Below are positions 1-5,801 of a DNA stretch of 26,682 bases, one piece after another. Position numbers and translations under genes: made by a program. The notes beneath the pieces were generated by a model that saw only the letters and a list, made by a program, of their open reading frames with translations, searched no databases and was not told the DNA's origin. The stretch comes from a virus. Positions within the stretch are counted from its first letter, which is position 1, and every line of letters begins with the position of its first letter. The stretch is taken from IMG/VR virus record IMGVR_UViG_3300043775_000777, positions 1 through 26,682 of that record, one strand, 5' to 3'.

Positions 1-1
1 A

Positions 2-2668
2 TATCAAGATGGTGGAGAATATGGTATGCCTCTGGGTACCGGAGTCTCTCAGAACTTTATTGGTAACAGAGATGAATTCAAAGTAGGTGGTATACCTGAA
101 TTACCATTAAGAGATAATCAAGTCAACTATGATGCATATGTAAACAGGTTTGAGCCTAAGACAAGAATGCAAGATGGTGGAGAACAAGATGCAATGAGTG
201 CTATGATGAAAGCAAGACTTGCTTATGCTAATGAATTTGGTAATCCTGCAGCTCAAAGAATGATTAATCTTCCTGATAATCCATATCAATTTGATGATGG
301 AAATACAGGTACTCATTACATGGCAAGTATGGATAACTATGCTGTACCACAAATACAAGATATAAATGGTCAGTTGATGTTAGGAGACTATGGTCCAGAA
401 TCAAATGAAGCCATAAGATTTGATACAGATGATGATGCTAATTATTTTGCAGAACATTATAAAGATGTTTCTCCAGGTTTTATAGAAGCAGAGCTTACAG
501 ATGATGAAATAGAAGAGTATAGAAAAGGTGGATACATAGTAGAAGATATTTCTATACCTTCATTAAACCAATATGATAAAGGTGGTAGATTTAAAAGAAG
601 AAAAAAGAAACAAGAGGAACAAGAACAGCTAGAGTACAGACCACCTGTAGAAGTTAATGATGAAATGTATGAGTCAGTAACTCCTTTTCCGGAAGCACCA
701 GAAGAATTTAAACAAGGTGTAGGTAACATTAAAGAGATTGAAAAAAAAGCACAAGCTCCGGACTGGTTAAAGTTTTCTAATGAGTATGAAAAGAAAAACT
801 CTAAGCAAGCATTCATTGATGAAAAGAAAAAAGAATATCTTAAAGGAACTAATCAAGGATTGCTTAAAGCTCAGGGTTATAATATGGAAAACTTTCCAGA
901 AGATGTAGAAAGAAACTTTGAGAAAGCATATGACTATAAAAAGAATAGTTTTATAGTTAAGAAACTTGGCAAGAAAGAAAAGTTTTCTCCAAACAGAAGA
1001 GGTGAATGGGTTGATGAGTTAAGTAAAAAAGAAAAAGAAATTGTAGCTAACTCTAAGTATGAAAGCAAACTACAACCAAGTTATTGGTCTAGAACTTTAG
1101 CAGGACTGCAAGAACTTTACGGAGATGTTTATGCACCCGGTGTATCTAGCAGAATACCTATAGCAGGCTTAACTAAAAAAGAACAAAAAGACATTCAAAA
1201 TTCTAAGCTAGGAGCATTTGAAACATTAGCAGGATGGGATGCTCTAGGTGCTGTTGCGGCAAATGCATTAGAAAAATCTGGTAACTCTGGTTATGGTGCA
1301 AGTTATAGACAATCTCCAGGAATATTATCAGGAGAAAAAATGGCAGGTGTTACAGATGAACATGCTATGACATTAAATCTTTTGAATTATACTTTACCAT
1401 ACGATATAGCTGCAGCTGCACCATCAATAATTAAAGGAGTAGGTAATGTAGCTAATGTAACTAAAACAGTAGGTAAAAATCTTATACAAGCTTCCCCTCT
1501 AAAAAAGGCATACAAATATAATCCATGGGCATTTAAAGCTGATAAAGAAGCGGCATACAGAATGCTTGGTGGTAAAGAAGGATATTTAGATGCAGTTGAG
1601 TCAGGTCTTTTAAGACCCAATCAGAAAACTGGAAGATATGATGCTACATTTTATAATGTAGGAGAACCTTTAGATAGATATAAAGCAGGGTATGATACAC
1701 AGTATATGGCTGAAGTACCTTTATCAAATGAGAAAATATATCCAAGATATGAAGGTGCTGATGATTATAGGATATCAGAAGAAATAGGTGCTGAAGCATT
1801 TGACACTAGAGTTCCTAAAGGACATGTGGGTATATATGAACCTGGTGTAAATTTATATAAAGAACATTGGTTACAAGGATATAAGAAAGTTAAACCACCT
1901 AAAGCAACTAAAAAATTAGAAGTTGTTCCTAGTGAAGAAGAATTAATAGATCTTTGGAGAATACAAGAAAAAGGTGACAGACCAATGGCGGAACTTGCTG
2001 CAGAAGGTAAATTGGGACCAATGTTTAAAAATGAAAAAGCTATTCAACATTTTAAAGATAGAGAAAAATATTTTGGACAATGGTTTACAAAAGACAAAGC
2101 AGATTTAGATTGGTACAAAACAGATAGAGAGTTTAAAGATCCAGAAATCATAAACCTAAAAGTTCCTAAAAGCAAACTTGAAGAGTTTCAAAATTATGAT
2201 AAAACATTAAGCAGGGCTTCAGATAGAGAGTTTGTAATTCCTCAGGAAGAACAAGGTTTATACAAAGTAAGTGAAACACCGAAAGAATTACCTGGTTCAA
2301 GTAATAAATCTTTTATGGGTAAAGTAAAAGATTATTTTGATAGACCTCCGGGACCATTAATGCTTGGTATGTCTAAAGGAGCTGTGTTTACTAAAGAAAT
2401 AAAAAACCCAGATTACTTCCTAGACTTAATGAAGATAAACAAGTACAGTGCAAAAAATAAAAAATATTTTGAAGATCTTATAGCTACTGTTAAGAGACAA
2501 GGCAATGTAGCAAGTGAAAGACAATATGATGAGTTGCAAAGACTTAAGACCGGAGACATGAACTATGGTAAGAAAGGTTTTGCCAAAGGAGGTATTGTAT
2601 CTGAGTTATCTAATAAAGAAATAAAAGATCTTGTAGCACAAGGTTATATAGTAAAAGATGTAGACTAA
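2..2668 (+). CDS. Modular phage protein, 5'-truncated by the window; probable virion cargo protein with xxxGG motifs and two ADP-ribosyltransferase-like modules
   Basis: The frame is open from position 2 (YQDGGEYG precedes the ATG at 26), so the true start is probably upstream of the window. TAA at 2666-2668. Contains YQDGG, FKVGG, MQDGG, YRKGG, YDKGG and FAKGG, and the terminal tag ELSNKEIKDLVAQGYIVKDVD. Function is inferred. Confidence 0.8.
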   Translation, partial: YQDGGEYGMPLGTGVSQNFIGNRDEFKVGGIPELPLRDNQVNYDAYVNRFEPKTRMQDGGEQDAMSAMMKARLAYANEFGNPAAQRMINLPDNPYQFDDGNTGTHYMASMDNYAVPQIQDINGQLMLGDYGPESNEAIRFDTDDDANYFAEHYKDVSPGFIEAELTDDEIEEYRKGGYIVEDISIPSLNQYDKGGRFKRRKKKQEEQEQLEYRPPVEVNDEMYESVTPFPEAPEEFKQGVGNIKEIEKKAQAPDWLKFSNEYEKKNSKQAFIDEKKKEYLKGTNQGLLKAQGYNMENFPEDVERNFEKAYDYKKNSFIVKKLGKKEKFSPNRRGEWVDELSKKEKEIVANSKYESKLQPSYWSRTLAGLQELYGDVYAPGVSSRIPIAGLTKKEQKDIQNSKLGAFETLAGWDALGAVAANALEKSGNSGYGASYRQSPGILSGEKMAGVTDEHAMTLNLLNYTLPYDIAAAAPSIIKGVGNVANVTKTVGKNLIQASPLKKAYKYNPWAFKADKEAAYRMLGGKEGYLDAVESGLLRPNQKTGRYDATFYNVGEPLDRYKAGYDTQYMAEVPLSNEKIYPRYEGADDYRISEEIGAEAFDTRVPKGHVGIYEPGVNLYKEHWLQGYKKVKPPKATKKLEVVPSEEELIDLWRIQEKGDRPMAELAAEGKLGPMFKNEKAIQHFKDREKYFGQWFTKDKADLDWYKTDREFKDPEIINLKVPKSKLEEFQNYDKTLSRASDREFVIPQEEQGLYKVSETPKELPGSSNKSFMGKVKDYFDRPPGPLMLGMSKGAVFTKEIKNPDYFLDLMKINKYSAKNKKYFEDLIATVKRQGNVASERQYDELQRLKTGDMNYGKKGFAKGGIVSELSNKEIKDLVAQGYIVKDVD
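1943..2245 (+). other. Putative ADP-ribosyltransferase-fold module within ORF1
   Basis: Order of motifs LWR(1952-1960)...GQWFT(2075-2089)...WY...IINLKVP...REFVIP(2225-2242) matches the ART pattern: strand-1 Arg, aromatic-Thr/Ser strand, late catalytic Glu. Recognised by eye only. Confidence 0.5.
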
Positions 2669-2710
2669 ACTTTATAAGTTTAGCCATTAATTTAAAATTT
2701 AGTATATTTA
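2665..2710 (+). promoter_or_regulatory. Conserved palindrome plus Bacteroidota-like promoter upstream of ORF2
   Basis: CTAAACTT-TAT-AAGTTTAG (perfect 8-bp inverted repeat, 2665-2683). TTTA at 2679-2682, 20-nt spacer, TATATTTA at 2703-2710. Same ungapped layout at 8031-8075. Resembles the Bacteroidota -33 TTTG / -7 TAnnTTTG consensus. Confidence 0.6.
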
Positions 2711-2726
2711 ATATATATCTTAGCAC

Positions 2727-5700
2727 ATGAAGAAAAAAGTAAGAATATATAAGTCTCCAGATGGAAACGGAAAGTATATCAATAAGACTGCACAGTTCTT
2801 AGAAAGAATGGACTATGGTGGTCAACCAAGTGTTGATGAATTAGGTTATCCAGGAGCTGTCCAAGAAACACAAGCGGATCCTGCAGATGAGTTAACTCAA
2901 GTAGTTCTTAAAGACATAAATGATAACTTACCATATGAAGCATCAGTAGCAAAACTTGTTAATGCTTATGACTTAGATCCGGCTGTGGCAAATCAGTTTG
3001 TTCAACAAATATATGCTACTGTAGAATCTCAAGTTGATAAAGAAAAATCTGATGAAACAGAAGCGGAAGAAGAAGCAGAACCAAAAGAAGTAGAAGAAAT
3101 AGGTAATGAAATAGTAAGAGAGAAAAAATCTATGAGTAAAATCAGAGGTAATGCTGATCTTGCTATGGAGGATAGTGGTGAAGATGATGAAGGTTTAGGT
3201 GATGAAGACATGCTGAAGTATGGAGGTATGCCAAGAAAAGATGACGGAGGAGAAGCTGATTATGTTGAAGCAATGAATAATGACCAAACTAGTTGGCCAG
3301 CATCTGAAACTCCTATAGTCATGCCAGATGTATCTGAGTATATACCCTTTGATATGAGTGATTACTTAAGTAATGATGCAGCAGCAATAGCTTGGTCAGA
3401 ACCTACAGATGAAGATATGTCAGTTTCAGAAGATGAATCTGATTATACTGAACCTGTAGTTAATCCTGAAGAATTCAGAATGGGTGGTTTTAAAACTAAG
3501 AAGGGATATGTTAACTCTATTCTTAAATTAGTTAAGAAAGCAAATGGTGGTGACACTGAAGAACAAGACATAAAAGCATCTGATGCAGATCCAAGAGGTG
3601 ATGACTTAAGAAAGAATAGACTTGATGCTTTTGTAGGTGCTGTAAAAAGAGAAGGTAATGCATCAATTGCAAAACAAAAAGCTGAAGAACAGTTTGAAGA
3701 AATGCAAGCCATGCATAACCAAATGATGCAGAATCCAAATCTTCAAAACTTTATACCTGAAGATTATGGTCAAGACTATATGCAGTTTGGTGGTCAGAGA
3801 AGAGCTATGCGTCAACTTAATAGAGCTATGAGAAGAATGCCGGTATTTCCTGGTATGTATGGACCTGTTACTAAATTTGATGTAAGAAGATCTGGTATAT
3901 TTGGTAGACCAAAAGAATACTCTATTGAGTTTGGTCAAAGTCCATTAATGCAATTAGCCGGTAATCCATTTTTATCTCAAGCATATGGTTATGGATACAG
4001 TAAGAAAAAAACTAAAACCCCGGGTAGATTAATTACAGAAACTGTAAGAAACACAGTTAATAATAAATCTACTAAAGATGTAGCTAATGCAACAGGTTCT
4101 GAAGCTGCTAGTAAGTCAGTTAACTGGGATATGGATAATAATACCATTCCTGATGTGATTCAGAAAAATCCTATTCAACCAAAAAAAACTATATTTGATA
4201 GTTGGGTAACTGATCCAAATGCAACAGCTCCGCAACAATTGGCACCAGGTAGCGGTGTATTATTAAATAATTCCATTACACCAAATACTACAGCTTTTAC
4301 AAAGGTAAAAGGACAAACTATGCCTCCTGTATATGATGCATCCCGTATAGCATTCATGAACAAAAATAAAAAGCAACAAGGAGGATTAGTAAACAATCCT
4401 ATGCCTGATCAGTTTGGTAATCTTCAACAGTTTGTATATGGTGGTCTAGATCAATCTGACATAGATGATGTATATTCAAAAGATGTAACAGATCCTTATT
4501 TCCAATATGGCGGTTTAACCAAATATGTAGGAGATGAAGAAGGAAGTGAAACAGATGAAAATACAGATCAATATGAAGACTATAGAAAAAGAGTAGGTGA
4601 TAAACTAGGTATGTCTTTAAGAGATGATCTATCTGCTAAAGAACTATTTGAAATGGGTAATAAAGCAGGTGTAGGTTTTGGTAATACTCCTGCTACTACA
4701 CAAAAGAAAACTACAACTACACAGACTCAACAATATAATCCGTATGCTTCAGCTTATGGGTATAAACCTCAAAGTTTATTTCAAACATATTTTCCAGCAA
4801 ACTTTCCTCAGAGACATCAGTATTTAAAAAAGACTAAAGGAGCCTATAATAAAAATACTGGAGAGATGTTTAAAGGTATACCAGGATTTAATCCGTATGC
4901 TCAAGTTCAAAACATTACAGGAAAAGGAAGAAGATTTAGTGTAACATACAATACTAATCCTACTGGAAAACCTGAAGATAGAAAGTTAGCATTTGCAACA
5001 CCAGGGTCTCAACAGGAACAACAAAAGCAACAAGGTATTGCTAATAAATCTACACAACCTAAAGCAGGCTTTTCAAATACAGCAGGTTTATCTAATAAAG
5101 CTCAAAGACAGATCCGTCAAGGTGAAAGAGAGATGATGAGAAATGAAAGAAAAGTTGCTAGAAATCCTGAAGGTAAAGTTCCATTTATGTTAAATGCTCC
5201 TGGAAAAGTAAATCAAGCAGGACCAACACAAAAACAATATGGTGGTGTTATGGAACCATATTTACCTATAGCATTATACGGAACAGAGTCTCCGGTATCT
5301 ATGGCTGATAGTCCTGTTAATAATGATCTTAGAATGCCTACTAAAAGTTCTAAAGATGTTGGTCAACAGATGATGATGGACAGTAGAAAGAAACTAGAAG
5401 GAGAAGCTAACTATATGCCTGATGAATACACTGAAGATTATAAAGTTAAAAGTAAATGGCTTGGTGATAGACAAGGAGCCCTACTAAGTGCAAATGCTAA
5501 AATAGAAGGATTAGCAGGTGGTATAAATAGATTCAGAAATAGAAATGCTGAAGCTATGATGTATGCTAATACTACAGCTGATAATAACTATACTTCTGAT
5601 CCTAGTACAGATTCTGGTGATTATGATATTAATACAGGTCTTTATAGACCAGATAAACAAGGTCAAACATGGGGAAGCAGATCTGCACAATATGGAGGAA

Positions 5701-5798
5701 CAAGTAATTATTCTGAAGGTGATGAAGTTGAAATGACTGAAGAAGAATTAGAACAATTCCTAGCAAATGGTGGAGAAGTAGAATACTTAAATTATTAA
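2727..5798 (+). CDS. Large low-complexity phage protein (1023 aa), probable virion internal/cargo protein with 12 xxxGG motifs
   Basis: Long ORF; acidic N-terminal half and basic, Gln/Met-rich C-terminal half. Motifs MDYGG, LKYGG, KDDGG, FRMGG, KANGG, MQFGG, KQQGG, FVYGG, FQYGG, KQYGG, AQYGG, LANGG. Terminal tag EMTEEELEQFLANGGEVEYL. No enzyme motif recognised. Confidence 0.8.
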   Translation: MKKKVRIYKSPDGNGKYINKTAQFLERMDYGGQPSVDELGYPGAVQETQADPADELTQVVLKDINDNLPYEASVAKLVNAYDLDPAVANQFVQQIYATVESQVDKEKSDETEAEEEAEPKEVEEIGNEIVREKKSMSKIRGNADLAMEDSGEDDEGLGDEDMLKYGGMPRKDDGGEADYVEAMNNDQTSWPASETPIVMPDVSEYIPFDMSDYLSNDAAAIAWSEPTDEDMSVSEDESDYTEPVVNPEEFRMGGFKTKKGYVNSILKLVKKANGGDTEEQDIKASDADPRGDDLRKNRLDAFVGAVKREGNASIAKQKAEEQFEEMQAMHNQMMQNPNLQNFIPEDYGQDYMQFGGQRRAMRQLNRAMRRMPVFPGMYGPVTKFDVRRSGIFGRPKEYSIEFGQSPLMQLAGNPFLSQAYGYGYSKKKTKTPGRLITETVRNTVNNKSTKDVANATGSEAASKSVNWDMDNNTIPDVIQKNPIQPKKTIFDSWVTDPNATAPQQLAPGSGVLLNNSITPNTTAFTKVKGQTMPPVYDASRIAFMNKNKKQQGGLVNNPMPDQFGNLQQFVYGGLDQSDIDDVYSKDVTDPYFQYGGLTKYVGDEEGSETDENTDQYEDYRKRVGDKLGMSLRDDLSAKELFEMGNKAGVGFGNTPATTQKKTTTTQTQQYNPYASAYGYKPQSLFQTYFPANFPQRHQYLKKTKGAYNKNTGEMFKGIPGFNPYAQVQNITGKGRRFSVTYNTNPTGKPEDRKLAFATPGSQQEQQKQQGIANKSTQPKAGFSNTAGLSNKAQRQIRQGEREMMRNERKVARNPEGKVPFMLNAPGKVNQAGPTQKQYGGVMEPYLPIALYGTESPVSMADSPVNNDLRMPTKSSKDVGQQMMMDSRKKLEGEANYMPDEYTEDYKVKSKWLGDRQGALLSANAKIEGLAGGINRFRNRNAEAMMYANTTADNNYTSDPSTDSGDYDINTGLYRPDKQGQTWGSRSAQYGGTSNYSEGDEVEMTEEELEQFLANGGEVEYLNY

Positions 5799-5801
5799 CC
5801 A

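Noticed and set aside
26-28. ATG at 26 as the true start of ORF1
   Set aside because: The frame is open to the window edge and the upstream codons encode another YQDGG motif, so the gene probably starts before position 1.
5-184. Exact 15-bp repeat CAAGATGGTGGAGAA at 5-19 and 170-184 as a CRISPR or DNA-level element
   Set aside because: Only two copies, in frame, encoding QDGGE. It is explained by the protein-level GG motif.
2665-2683. Palindromes at 2665 and 8030 as intrinsic terminators
   Set aside because: The stems are short and almost entirely A-T with no clear U-tract directly after. Sequence conservation and fixed spacing to a downstream box fit a promoter or operator better, although a weak terminator or processing site is not excluded.
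3861-4960. Possible internal duplication in ORF2 (VTKFDVRRSGIFGRPKEYSIEF versus VQNITGKGRRFSVTY)
   Set aside because: The similarity is too weak to support by eye. It would need a profile self-alignment.
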